Shown here piece after piece: positions 12,017-22,121 of a stretch of DNA of 64,000 nucleotides. The DNA is from an uncultured delta proteobacterium (GTDB lineage Bacteria > Myxococcota > Myxococcia > Myxococcales > Anaeromyxobacteraceae). The translations under genes were made by a program, and so were the position numbers. A model generated the notes under the pieces. The model had not been told where the DNA came from. It saw nothing but the letters and a program-made list of their open reading frames with translations, and did not search any database. Location: assembly GCA_963766715.1 (NCBI GenBank), contig CAVYBH010000017.1, positions 64,001 through 128,000 on the forward strand, given 5' to 3'. Position 1 is the stretch's first letter, and the number at the start of each line of letters is the position of its first letter.

Positions 12017-12520
12017 ATGCTGCCGCGCCTCGCCCGACTTCTCTTGCTGCCCGCCGTCCTGTCCGCCTGTGGAACGGGCACGGGACCGACGGAATCGTTC
12101 TCGCCCCAGCCCGGAGGCGGGACCACGCCGAGCGCCCCACCCTCCGGGACTCCAGCCGTGATCGCCGTGTCCGGCGGGCTGTCCGGAACCTTCTGGGGAA
12201 CCGTCGCGCTCCTCGACTCCGGGACCCCGTATCCCCGCTTCGTGCTCGCGTCCGAGGGTGAATACCCGATGCCAGACGCCTGGTTCTCCGCGAGCTGCGC
12301 CATCGGATCGGCAAGGCCGGGCTCGTACGGCGTCGACGCCGTCACCGTGCAGCGCGGCGGCGCCACGACGTGGACGGTGGCTCCGGATGGCGGCTCGCTG
12401 ACATTGACCTCCGTCAACCGGAACGGCGCTGGCTTCTGGGAAGTGCACGGATCGCTGGAAGCAACGCTGCGGGACGAGAGCGGTGGAGCGGAGCCCATCG
12501 CAGTGCATGCCACGTTCTAG
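12017..12520 (+). CDS. Hypothetical lipoprotein
   Basis: GGAGG RBS, signal peptide with lipobox LSAC, beta-rich mature region. Confidence 0.75.
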   Translation: MLPRLARLLLLPAVLSACGTGTGPTESFSPQPGGGTTPSAPPSGTPAVIAVSGGLSGTFWGTVALLDSGTPYPRFVLASEGEYPMPDAWFSASCAIGSARPGSYGVDAVTVQRGGATTWTVAPDGGSLTLTSVNRNGAGFWEVHGSLEATLRDESGGAEPIAVHATF

Positions 12521-12610
12521 TCGCGAGCGAGCCGGGTCGTGTGTGTCCATGACCCGGGGTCACATGGCCGAGGGCTACCCCGAGGACGCGCCGGGTGGTC
12601 GGCTGCGACC

Positions 12611-12901
12611 GTGAGGCGAAGTCCCGTCGAGGTGCTCGCAGGCGTGCCGGCCAATCAGGCCGAGCTGGCCGTCACCCTCCTCCGCCGCGAGGGCATCCCC
12701 GTGGAGGTGCGTGAAGTTCTGGCGGGACCGTTGCCCGGCGTCTGGGTTCACGTCGCGGCGTGCGACGCGAGGCGGGCGAGAGGGATACTCGCAGCACAGC
12801 GCTTCCCGGTACCCATGGTCCTGTCGGACGAAGCGACGCCCGAGGCGCAGGCATCGGATGGGGCGCCCGGAGAGGACGTATGGCGCCTGCTCATGCAATA
12901 G
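12611..12901 (+). CDS. DUF2007-like (putative signal transducing) small protein
   Basis: AELAVTLLRREGIPVEV...VHV...DARRARGIL pattern; start uncertain. Confidence 0.5.
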   Translation: MRRSPVEVLAGVPANQAELAVTLLRREGIPVEVREVLAGPLPGVWVHVAACDARRARGILAAQRFPVPMVLSDEATPEAQASDGAPGEDVWRLLMQ

Positions 12902-13226
12902 GCTGCCACCCGGCGCGTCGTGAACGCGCCCTGGGGAGGGGGCCGTTGGGTGGCAGGTGGGGGCCGGTGCCCTGAGGCTCACGTCGGAAAGCACCCCCGT
13001 CGCTGATGGACGGAGCCGCCACGGTTCGAGCATGAGGTGACTCACGCCGCCGGTCCAGCCCCCGCGAAGGGGCGACCCGACCGAGGGAAATCCAGGGGGC
13101 GATGGAATCCCCTGGCGTCATTCCCGCCGGCGGACTGCCGACGCCTCGCCAATCGGGATGTTCCGCCGACGGACCGCGTCCGGTGACCTACCATCCCGGA
13201 ACGGCCAGGGTAGATTTCGCCCCTCC

Positions 13227-13874
13227 ATGAAGCCCGTCCGGACGCTCATCGCCGCCGCATCGCTCCTCCTCGCGACGCCCGCGAGCGCACAGGTGGGATT
13301 CACCTTCGCCGGCCGGCTCGGCATCTCCATCCCCTACGGGGACGCCTATCGGACGGCCACCGGCGCGACGGTCGCCGTGGCAGGCAACTCGACGGCGTCC
13401 CTGCCGTTCCAGCTCGACGTCGGGGTCACGTTCGCGAAGAAGTACTTCATCGGCGCCTACGGACAGTACAGGTACAGCCTCCTCAAGTCCGGGGTCTGCC
13501 CGGCAGGCCTCTCGTGCTCCGAGACGGGCGCCCGCGCGGGCGCAGAATTCATCTACACGACGGCCACCAGCGGCGCCGGGATCGCCGGGTGGATCGGGCT
13601 CGGTTCCGGCTGGGAGTGGTCCTCGTCCCGGGGCTCGCTGACGAACACGTCGGCCACCGTCACCCTGAGCGGATGGGAGTTCGCGCAACTCCAGCTGGGC
13701 GTGGATGCCTGGGTGACGAACGTGACCCGGTTCGGCATCTACGTCTCGGGGAGCCTGGGCCAGTTCTCCAGGGCCTCGGTATCGGATGACTCCGGCTCCG
13801 CGAGCGGCTCGATACCGAGCAGGACGCTGCACGGCTGGTTCGAGCTCGGGATGAAGAGCACCTTCGATCTGTAG
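13227..13874 (+). CDS. Outer-membrane beta-barrel protein
   Basis: Signal peptide ending ASA, alternating aromatic beta strands, Cys pair, C-terminal FDL. Confidence 0.8.
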   Translation: MKPVRTLIAAASLLLATPASAQVGFTFAGRLGISIPYGDAYRTATGATVAVAGNSTASLPFQLDVGVTFAKKYFIGAYGQYRYSLLKSGVCPAGLSCSETGARAGAEFIYTTATSGAGIAGWIGLGSGWEWSSSRGSLTNTSATVTLSGWEFAQLQLGVDAWVTNVTRFGIYVSGSLGQFSRASVSDDSGSASGSIPSRTLHGWFELGMKSTFDL

Positions 13875-14253
13875 CCGCGCGGGGGTGAGTCCACCGTGAA
13901 GCTGCAGGTCAGCCGCAACGGTGCAGGATGATGCCCCATGACCGACGACCAGACGTCGTGGGCCGAGTGGCCCAGACGCCGTGGAGGGATGCGAGCGTCA
14001 GGCATTGGCCATGGACGCTCGGATCCCGCCGCACTCCTCCCGGACCAACAACGTACTCTGGGCCGCAGTCTTTCTCCGTCTGCCAAATGCCCTGCGAATC
14101 GCACACCTGTAGCACCGCGCCGCTGCACCGCACGGTGCGTGGACCTGCCGCCAGCCAGAGCCAAGCCATCATGGTCGGCTACAAGGGCTCACCTCTGGGA
14201 GTGAACCCGGGCGGGAGACCGTGGACGCGGTCCGGGGTGACCAGATAGGCGAA

Positions 14254-14282
14254 GGCCCCGCGGAATGGGAGTCCGCGAGGCC
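14254..14282 (-). terminator. Hairpin downstream of ferritin
   Basis: 11-bp stem whose single mismatch is a G-U pair only on the minus strand; weak U tract. Confidence 0.5.
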
Positions 14283-14303
14283 GTGCCAAGGGAGGGGCTA
14301 TTT

Positions 14304-14804
14304 CTAGCCGCCCGCGCGGACCCGCTTCCCGTACTCCTTGTCGAGGTAGAGCGCTGCGCTCGACTTGTCGCCGATCATCCTCAGCTTCTCCACGATCTCC
14401 TGGACGTTCGCCTCCTCCTCCACCTGCTCGGAGACGAACCACTGCACGAAGACCTGGGAGGCCGTGTCCTTCTCGGCGAGCGCCGTGCGGTAGAGCTCGT
14501 CGATCGACTGGGAGACGTGCCGCTCGTGCTCGAGCACCGCCCCGAACAGATCGAGGATGGAGCCGAACTCCGCGGGCGGCGCCTTCACCCCGCCGATGGC
14601 CGCCCTGCCACCCCGGCTCACCAGGTAGTCGAGGATCTTGTGGGAGTGGTCGAGCTCCTCGAAGTACTGGACGCGAAGCCAGCGTCCGAATCCCTTGTAG
14701 GAGCGCGCGTCGCACGAGGCCGCCATCGCGAGGTAGAGGTTGGCGCTGTACAGCTCGGCGGTGACGTGGGCGTTGAAGGCGTCCTGCATCTTCTGGCTGA
14801 TCAT
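14304..14804 (-). CDS. ftnA: Non-heme ferritin
   Basis: ELYSANLYLAMA, EELDH, LEHE, QWFVSEQVEEE ferroxidase motifs. Confidence 0.93.
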   Translation of the reverse strand: MISQKMQDAFNAHVTAELYSANLYLAMAASCDARSYKGFGRWLRVQYFEELDHSHKILDYLVSRGGRAAIGGVKAPPAEFGSILDLFGAVLEHERHVSQSIDELYRTALAEKDTASQVFVQWFVSEQVEEEANVQEIVEKLRMIGDKSSAALYLDKEYGKRVRAGG

Positions 14805-14934
14805 CGAGTCGACCTCCCCTTGGCGTGGACCGGCGGTGGGGAGTTTCTTATCGCCCCCGACGCCGGCGCGCCCCGCCCGGGAGGGGACCCACCCGGCGAA
14901 GGCGGGGAGCGACCGGTCCGGCTATTTACACCAG

Positions 14935-15261
14935 ATGATCCTGGTGACCGGCGCGACGGGCTACGTGGGTGGGCGGCTGGTGCCCCGGCTGCTCGAGGCC
15001 GTCGTGCCGGGCCGCTCCCTGCGCCTGCGGGCCGAGATGAAGGTTCCCGGCCGGGCGTGGCTCCAGTTCGAGGCCATTCCCCGCGACGGCGGCTCGCTCC
15101 TCACCCAGACCGCCTACTTCGCGCCCCGCGGGCTGGCCGGGCATCTCTACTGGTACGCCCTCTACCCGGTCCACGCCGCCATCTTCCGGAACCTGATCCG
15201 GCGCATCGCCGAGCGCGCTCGCGCCCTCGCGACACCGGTCCTGCCGGAGGCGCTCCCGTGA
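14935..15261 (+). CDS. Internally deleted YbjT-like protein (Rossmann start fused to DUF2867 C-terminus)
   Basis: MILVTGATGYVGGRLVPRLLEA followed directly by PGRSLRLRAEMKVPGRAWLQF...FAPRGLAG.LYWY; 108 aa. Confidence 0.75.
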   Translation: MILVTGATGYVGGRLVPRLLEAVVPGRSLRLRAEMKVPGRAWLQFEAIPRDGGSLLTQTAYFAPRGLAGHLYWYALYPVHAAIFRNLIRRIAERARALATPVLPEALP

Positions 15262-16745
15262 TCCGCGTCCCGGCGGAGCGGATCCGGACCGCCTGGGACG
15301 CGCCGGTCCGCAAGGAGGGAAGCTACGTCCTCCTCTGGACCACGGCCTACCGTCGTACCGGGGCGAACTTCGCGCTCGATCGCGCCGTCGAGTGGTCCCG
15401 GGAGCTCTCCCGGCCGCTGGTGGTCCTGGAGGCGCTCCGGGCCGGCTATCCCCACGCGAGCGACCGCCTGCACACCTTCCTGCTCCAGGGAATGGTCGAC
15501 GCGGCCCGGGCCTACGCCGATGCCGGGGTCGCCTACCATCCGTACGTCGAGCCAGCCGCCGGAGCCGGGAAGGGGCTCCTGGGCGCGCTCGCCGCGCACG
15601 CCTGCGTCGTCGTCACCGACGATTCCCCGGCGTTCTTCCTGCCGCGGATGCTGGCCGCGGCCGCGACCCAGGTCCCGGTGCGGATGGAGGCGGTCGACTC
15701 GAACGGGCTGCTGCCCATGCGCACGGCCCCGGCCACCTTCCTCACCGCGCACGCATTCCGCCGCTTCCTGCAGCGGGAGCTGCCCGACCGGCTCCACGCG
15801 TTTCCCTCCACCGACCCGCTCGACATGCCCGGGATCGCCGGCGGGTCCGTCCCGGACGAGGTGGCCGAACGGTGGCCACGAGCCACGGCGGCGATGCTCG
15901 GGGCCACTCCCGGCGCCCTCGCCTCCCTTCCCGTCGATCACGAGGTCGCACCCGTCCTCGACGCGCCGGGAGGAAGCTCCGCGGGTCGCGCGGTCCTCGG
16001 CTCCTTCCTGGCCGACCGCATCGCCCGCTACGCCGAACGGAGCCACCCGGATTCCGACGGCGCGAGCGGGCTCTCCCCCTGGCTCCACGCCGGCCACGTC
16101 TCGCCCCACGAGGTGTTCCGGGCGCTCGTCCGGCACGAGGGCTGGAAGCCATCCCGCATCGGCACGGACTGGAGCGGCAAGAAGGAGGGGTACTGGGGCA
16201 TGAGCCCCGAGGCCGAGGCCTTCCTGGACGAGCTCGTCACCTGGCGGGAGCTCGGGTTCAACATGCTCTCCCGGCGACCGGAAGCCGCCCACGATTTCGA
16301 CAGCCTCCCTCCCTGGGCCATCCGGACGCTCGAGGCCCACCAGGGCGATCCCCGCGACCCGAGCTACGACCGGGCGACCCTCGAGCGAGGCGCCACGCAC
16401 GACCCGGTCTGGAACGCAGCGCAGCGGGAGCTGCGCGAGCGGGGCCGGATCCACAACTACCTGCGCATGCTCTGGGGCAAGAAGATCCTGCAGTGGAGCG
16501 CGTCACCCCGGGAGGCGCTCGCGACCCTGCTCCACCTGAACGACCGGTGGGCGCTCGACGGACGCGATCCCAACTCGGCGTCGGGCATCTTCTGGTGCCT
16601 GGGGCGCTACGACCGGCCCTGGGCGCCGGAACGCCCCATCTTCGGGGTCATCCGCTACATGACCTCCGAGAACACGGTCCGGAAGCTCCACATGAAGGAG
16701 TACCTGCGCCGCTACGGGGCGCAGCCCGGCCTCCCGGGCGCGTAG
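15258..16745 (+). CDS. phr: Class II CPD photolyase
   Basis: SGLSPWLHAG, FLDELVTWREL, THDPVWNAAQ, IHNYLRMLWGKKILQW, DGRDPN, IRYM. Confidence 0.93.
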   Translation: MIRVPAERIRTAWDAPVRKEGSYVLLWTTAYRRTGANFALDRAVEWSRELSRPLVVLEALRAGYPHASDRLHTFLLQGMVDAARAYADAGVAYHPYVEPAAGAGKGLLGALAAHACVVVTDDSPAFFLPRMLAAAATQVPVRMEAVDSNGLLPMRTAPATFLTAHAFRRFLQRELPDRLHAFPSTDPLDMPGIAGGSVPDEVAERWPRATAAMLGATPGALASLPVDHEVAPVLDAPGGSSAGRAVLGSFLADRIARYAERSHPDSDGASGLSPWLHAGHVSPHEVFRALVRHEGWKPSRIGTDWSGKKEGYWGMSPEAEAFLDELVTWRELGFNMLSRRPEAAHDFDSLPPWAIRTLEAHQGDPRDPSYDRATLERGATHDPVWNAAQRELRERGRIHNYLRMLWGKKILQWSASPREALATLLHLNDRWALDGRDPNSASGIFWCLGRYDRPWAPERPIFGVIRYMTSENTVRKLHMKEYLRRYGAQPGLPGA

Positions 16746-16763
16746 CCTCGCGCCGCCCGCGCC

Positions 16764-17738
16764 CTACACGTGGTTGCGGAGCATGAGCTCCTTCGGGTGC
16801 GGCGCGAGGTGCGTCTGCCCCTGGAGATACGCCACGCCCAGCTTCCGCACGTGGTGGCGGATCAGGGTGAGCGGGACCACCAGCGGCACGAGCCGGCGCC
16901 GGTAGTCCCGGATGGCGTCGTGCAGCTCGGCCTTCTCGTCCTCGGGGAGCGAGTCCTTGAAGTAGCCGGCCATGTGCTGCAGCACGTTCGTCTGCTTGCC
17001 CGGCGTGGCGGGCTTCGCCATGGCGCGCATGAAGATCTCGCCGTACTGCCCGGGCAGCGCCTCCCGGGAGGTGGCCTTGGCCTTGGCCACGATTCGGCCG
17101 AGCTGGCGGTAGCCCTCGGTGTCGTGGGCGAGCAGGAGCAGCTTCTCGGCGGTGTGGAAGCGGACCAGGTCGCCCACCGTCCACCGGCCCTGGAAGAGGT
17201 CCTTCAGCCGGCGGTAGGCGAACACCCGCTCGACGAAGTTCTCCCGCAGCTGGGGGTCGTGGAGCCGCCCCTCCTCCTCGACGGGCAGGAGCGGAATGCG
17301 CGCCATCAGGACCTCGGCGAAGAGCCCCCGTCCCGACCTCGTCGGCGCGCCCTTGGCGTAGACCCGCACCCGCTCCATGCCGCAGCTCGGCGAGTCCTTC
17401 TTGAGGATCCACCCGCACAGGTCGAGCTTCTCGAGGTCGGCCACGCGGCGCTCGGCGTACCGGCGCATGGCCTCGGTGTGGTCGATGGCGTTCTTCGGGT
17501 CGACGAGGTGGATCTCCTCGCCGCGGCGCTCGAGCCGGATGGTGGGGCGAGGGATGCTCATCCCCACCTCGACCTCCGGGCAGACCGGCACGAACTCGAC
17601 GAAGCGCGCGAGCAATCCGGTGACGAAGGCGTCCTTCTTGTGCCCGGAGTCGAAGCGGACCGACTGGCCCAGCAGGCAGGAGGAGACTCCGATCCGGATG
17701 GGACCGCCCGTTTCACCCTGGGTCATCGCCGCTCCCAT
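16764..17738 (-). CDS. ybgA: YbgA-family protein (DUF523 + DUF1722)
   Basis: IGVSSCLLG..VRFD.GHK, VCPEVEVG, LKKDSPSCG, EEEGRL, NVLQHMAGYFK, ELMLRNHV. Confidence 0.92.
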   Translation of the reverse strand: MGAAMTQGETGGPIRIGVSSCLLGQSVRFDSGHKKDAFVTGLLARFVEFVPVCPEVEVGMSIPRPTIRLERRGEEIHLVDPKNAIDHTEAMRRYAERRVADLEKLDLCGWILKKDSPSCGMERVRVYAKGAPTRSGRGLFAEVLMARIPLLPVEEEGRLHDPQLRENFVERVFAYRRLKDLFQGRWTVGDLVRFHTAEKLLLLAHDTEGYRQLGRIVAKAKATSREALPGQYGEIFMRAMAKPATPGKQTNVLQHMAGYFKDSLPEDEKAELHDAIRDYRRRLVPLVVPLTLIRHHVRKLGVAYLQGQTHLAPHPKELMLRNHV

Positions 17739-17740
17739 GC

Positions 17741-19201
17741 TCAGCGCTTCCGGGATCCGAAGAGGCTCCCCAGGATGCCGCGCACCAGCTCGCGGCCAAT
17801 CTGCGTCCCGGCCGATCGCGCCACGCTCTTCGCCATGGCGCCCAGCGTCTCGGCCACCTCGCTCCTCGGCTCGGCGGCCCGCCCCCGGCCCGTCGACCGG
17901 GCCGGCGGCTCCTCGGCGGCGCGCTCCGCGGCGCGGGCCTGCAGCCGCTCGTAGGCCGACTCCCGATCCACGGCCTCGTCGTACTTCCCCTTGAAGGGCG
18001 ACGCCCTCATCACCCGCTTGCGCTCGTCCGGGCCGAGGGGGGCCAGGCGCGACCGGGGCGGCAGGACGAAGGCCCGCTCGACCGGCGCGGGAATTCCCTT
18101 CGGGTCGAGGAGCGACACCAGCGCCTCGCCCACGCCCAGCTCGGTGATGGCCGTGGCCGCGTCCACCTTGGGGTTCGATCGGAAGGTGTCCGCCGCCGTC
18201 TTCACCGCCTTCTGGTCTCGCGGCGTGAAGGCGCGCAGGGCGTGCTGCACCCGGTTGCCGAGCTGGCCGAGGACGGTCTCGGGCACGTCGATGGGGTTCT
18301 GCGTGACGAAGAAGACCCCGACCCCCTTCGATCGCACCAGCCGCACCACCTGCTCCACCTTCTCGAGCAGCGCCTTCGGCGCGTCGGTGAAGAGCAGGTG
18401 CGCCTCGTCGAAGAAGAAGACCAGCTTCGGCTTGTCCGCGTCCCCGACCTCGGGAAGCCGCTCGTAGAGCTCGGAGAGCAGCCAGAGCAGGAAGGTGGAG
18501 TAGAGGCGCGGCGACTGCAGCAGCTTGTCGGCGGCCAGCACGTTCACGATCCCCTCGCCCCGGCCGTCCACCTCGAGGAGGTCGCCGAGGTCGAGCGCCG
18601 GCTCGCCGAAGAAGCGCTCGCCGCCCTGCTGCTCGAGCGTGAGCAGCTGTCGCTGGATGGCGCCGACGCTGGCGGGCGACACGTTGCCGTGGCTCTTCTG
18701 CAGGTCGCTCGCCCGCTCGGCCACGTGCTGGAGGAGCGCGCGGAGGTCCTTCAGGTCGAGGAGCAGCAGGCCGTCGTCGTCCGCCACCTTGAAGGCCAGC
18801 GAGAGCACGCCCTCCTGCACGTCGTTCAGGTCGAGCATCCGGGAGAGCAGGACCGGGCCCATCTCGGAGACCGTGGCCCGCAGCGGATGCCCCTGCTCGC
18901 CGAACACGTCCCAGAAGACCACCGGCGCGCCGGAGGGCTCGATCGTCACGCCGAGCCGCTTCGCCCGCTCGAGCATCTTCTCGTCCGGCTCGGCGGCCAG
19001 CGCCATGCCGGAGAGGTCGCCCTTCACGTCCGCCAGGAAGACCGGGACGCCGATGCGGGAGAGGCGCTCGGCCAGGACGCGGAGCGTGACGGTCTTCCCG
19101 GTGCCGGTGGCGCCGGCGACCAGGCCGTGCCGGTTGGACATGCCGGGGAGCAAGCACAGGGTATCGGTCCCCTTGGCGACGGGGAGCGGCGGAGCGGACA
19201 T
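17741..19201 (-). CDS. DUF853 / YjgR HerA-like ATPase
   Basis: [51 protein letters not shown]. Confidence 0.92.
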   Translation of the reverse strand: MSAPPLPVAKGTDTLCLLPGMSNRHGLVAGATGTGKTVTLRVLAERLSRIGVPVFLADVKGDLSGMALAAEPDEKMLERAKRLGVTIEPSGAPVVFWDVFGEQGHPLRATVSEMGPVLLSRMLDLNDVQEGVLSLAFKVADDDGLLLLDLKDLRALLQHVAERASDLQKSHGNVSPASVGAIQRQLLTLEQQGGERFFGEPALDLGDLLEVDGRGEGIVNVLAADKLLQSPRLYSTFLLWLLSELYERLPEVGDADKPKLVFFFDEAHLLFTDAPKALLEKVEQVVRLVRSKGVGVFFVTQNPIDVPETVLGQLGNRVQHALRAFTPRDQKAVKTAADTFRSNPKVDAATAITELGVGEALVSLLDPKGIPAPVERAFVLPPRSRLAPLGPDERKRVMRASPFKGKYDEAVDRESAYERLQARAAERAAEEPPARSTGRGRAAEPRSEVAETLGAMAKSVARSAGTQIGRELVRGILGSLFGSRKR

Positions 19202-19265
19202 TCGGGTTCTTCCTCCCGCAGGGGGAGATAGCACGGGGCCGGGGCGAATGCCCGGGACGCCCCTT

Positions 19266-21501
19266 TCAGCCGCTCCAGCCGGTGCGCACGCCCAGGGACG
19301 CCGCCACCCGGAGCACGTCGGTGAGCACGCCTCCGGCGGTGAGCGCGCCGCCCACACCCGCGCCCTGGATCACGAGCGGCGACCCGGAGCGGCGGACGGT
19401 GGTCGCGGCCACGTAGGCCTCCACGTCCCGGAGGCGGGCGGCGCGGTGATCCGGGCCGACGTCGTCGGGGCCGACCCGGACCCTGCCGGACGGGACGTCG
19501 ACGTGGACCAGGTAGCGGAGCATCCGGCCCCTCAGGCGCGCCTCGCGGATGCGGTCGGCGAAGGCCCGGTCGTGGCGGCGAAGCGCCTCGAGCATCTCCG
19601 CGGACGTCCCCGCCGCGGTGACCTCGGGCGGCAGGAGCGGCTCGAGCGCCACGTCGCCGACGTCGAGCCTCATCCCAAGTTCCCGGGCCAGGATCACCGC
19701 CTTGCGGGCCGAGTCGAGACCGGTCAGGTCGTCGCGAGCATCCTCCTCGGTGTAGCCCAGCTCGCGCGCCCAGCGGAAGGCGAGCGACAGCGGCGTTCCC
19801 TTCTCGGCCTCGCCGAGCAGGAAGCCGGCGGTGCCCGAGAGCGAACCCTCCACCTCGAGCACCCGGTCGCCCGTCCGGACCAGGTTTCGCAGCGTGCCCA
19901 GGAGGGGGAGGCTGGCTCCCACCGAGGTCTCGTAGTGGAAGTGGACGTGCGCCTGGCGCCGCGCCGCCGCCAGGCGGTCCCGGTCGGCGGTGGGGGCGGC
20001 GAGCGGCAGCTTGTTCGCGCCCACCACGTGAATGCCGCGGCGGAAGGCCTCCTCGTAGACGGGCAGGAGCGCGGCGTCGGCCGTGAGGTCGACGAGCACG
20101 GGCCCCGGCAGGCGCGCCAGGCGATCGAGGACCGGGATCGCAGCCGGGAGCCGGAACGGGCCCGTTCGAGGCGCCGCCAGCAGGCTCTCGCGCCAGGTGC
20201 CCAGATCGAGGCCGCGGTCGTCGAAGCAGAGGCCGTGACGGTCGCCGATTCCCACCACCCGGAGCGCGATGTCGTAGTCGGAGGCGATGCTCCCCACCTG
20301 CTCCCGGACCTGGTCGAGGAGGGGCGCTCCCACCTTCCCCTTTCCCAGGACGAGGATGGACATGCCCGGCCGCTCCTCGGCCGGATGCGCCACCGGGCGG
20401 GAGGCGCGCCGTCCCTCCACCCGGGCGCGGAACTCGGCCACCATTCCCGAGAGCTCGTCCACGTGGATGAGGAAGCCGTCGTGGCCGTGGGGCGACTCGA
20501 GCCGCTCGAGCCGTGCGGCCGGCATGTGGCGCGCCATGACCCGTTGCTCCTCCGGGGGGTAGAGGACGTCGGTGTCGATGGTCACGACGAGCGCCGGCTG
20601 CCGGATGCTCCGGAGCACCGCCTCGTAGTCTCCCCGGCCGCGGGCCACGTCGTGGGTGTCCATGGCCCGGGTGAGGGCGTGGTAGGTCGCCGCGTCGAAG
20701 CGGTCGACGAGCTGCTGCCCCTGGTAGCGCAGGTAGCTCTCGATGGCGAAGAGGTCGACCGCCTGCGGGCGGCGGCTGTAGCGCTCCTCGAAGCTCTCCC
20801 AGCCCCGGTAGGTGCACATCGCCATCATCCGGGCGGCGGCGAGCCCGGCCGCCGGGGGCTCGGCCGGATTCGTACCGCCCCGCGGCCCAGCGCGGATCGG
20901 CGACGATGGCCTGCCGCTGGGCCTCGGAGAGCCCGATGGCCCAGGCCGAGTGGCGCGCCGGGTTGGCGATGGGCACGAGGCTCCGCACCAGGTCGGGGAA
21001 CAGGAGCGCCCACTCCAGGACCTGCATCCCGCCCAGCGACCCGCCGATGACGGCCCGGATGGATCGGACGCCGAGAGCCTCGCAGAGCTCCGCCTGTGCG
21101 CGGACCATGTCACGGAGAGTGATAGCCGGGAAGGCGCCCAGGTACGGCAACCCCGTCGCCGGGTCCACCGACGCCGGGCCGGTGGTCCCGTAGCAGCTCC
21201 CCAGGATGTTCGCGCAGACCACGAAGTCCCGGTCCGGATCGAGGGCCCGGCCCGGACCGAACATCCGGGTCCACCACCGGTCCACGTCGGCCGACCCGGT
21301 GAACGCGTGGCAGACCACCACCGCGTTGTCCCCTTCCGGGGAGAGCTTGCCCCAGGTCCGGAAGGCGGTCTGGAGCACCGGGAGGCTCGCTCCCGACTCC
21401 AGCGGGAACGGACCCGGGTGCACGAACCAGCGGGTCTCGGGCGCGATGAAGGCGGCGCGGGCCGGCGGCAGGGGATCGGGAGGCTGGTCGACGAAGGACA
21501 T
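19266..21501 (-). CDS. metX: Homoserine O-acyltransferase fused to homoserine dehydrogenase (frameshift near 20870)
   Basis: [25 protein letters not shown], then in frame GKGKVG, ANK, YETSVG, SGT, GYTE.D.RDDL.G.D.ARK. Confidence 0.88.
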
Positions 21502-21578
21502 GGCCGGCGGCGCGTGGGAGGAGCGCGGAATCTACGGGCTGGAGCCGGGGGCAGTCAAGATAGCGGAAAAGCCTCCGC

Positions 21579-22121
21579 TCACATGGAGGAGGGACGTCGC
21601 CCGCCCGCGGCGCGCCGGCGCAGGCGGAAGCGCTCCCGGAGGAACGCGGCCAGGCGCTCGACCTCGTCGGGCGCGAAGGCCGGGAGCTTTCCCGGGGCGG
21701 GCTCGTCGGTCACCACCGCGATGAACCCACGACCCCGGGCGCAGAGGAACGTGCGGTCCACGGTGCGGCGGTGCACCTCGATGCGCGGGAGGCGCTCCGA
21801 CTTCCACCCCTCGACGAGGACCAGGTCGACGGGAGGGAGCATGCGGACCAGCGCGCGGGCGCCGCCCTTCCGGGGAGGCCCGAAGACCGCCAGCTGGGTG
21901 GGCCCCTGCACGGCCACCGCCTCGGCCCCCGCCCGCAGGAGGAGGTCGCTGTCCTTCCCCGGGACGTCGAAGCCGTGGGGGTGCCCGGAGTGCTTGATGG
22001 CCGCGACGCGGATCCCGGCGGCCGACAGCACGCGCAGGAGCCCCACGAGCAGCGTGGTCTTCCCCGCTCCGCTCGGCCCGGACACGGCCACCACGGGGGT
22101 CGCGCGGCGCGTCTTCTTCAC
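21579..22121 (-). CDS. mobB: Molybdopterin-guanine dinucleotide biosynthesis protein B
   Basis: GPSGAGKTT, IKH, FDVPGKDS, DLVLVEGWK. Confidence 0.9.
   Translation of the reverse strand: MKKTRRATPVVAVSGPSGAGKTTLLVGLLRVLSAAGIRVAAIKHSGHPHGFDVPGKDSDLLLRAGAEAVAVQGPTQLAVFGPPRKGGARALVRMLPPVDLVLVEGWKSERLPRIEVHRRTVDRTFLCARGRGFIAVVTDEPAPGKLPAFAPDEVERLAAFLRERFRLRRRAAGGRRPSSM

Noticed and set aside
12900..13220. Hairpin-rich spacer as a cobalamin or c-di-GMP riboswitch
   Set aside because: Conserved boxes not found by eye; stems are expected at this GC content
17741..19201. HerA-like ATPase as an anti-phage system
   Set aside because: Ordinary DUF853/YjgR family with no Sir2 or nuclease partner
21502..21578. 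SAM riboswitch upstream of metX
   Set aside because: Spacer is too short and lacks the motif
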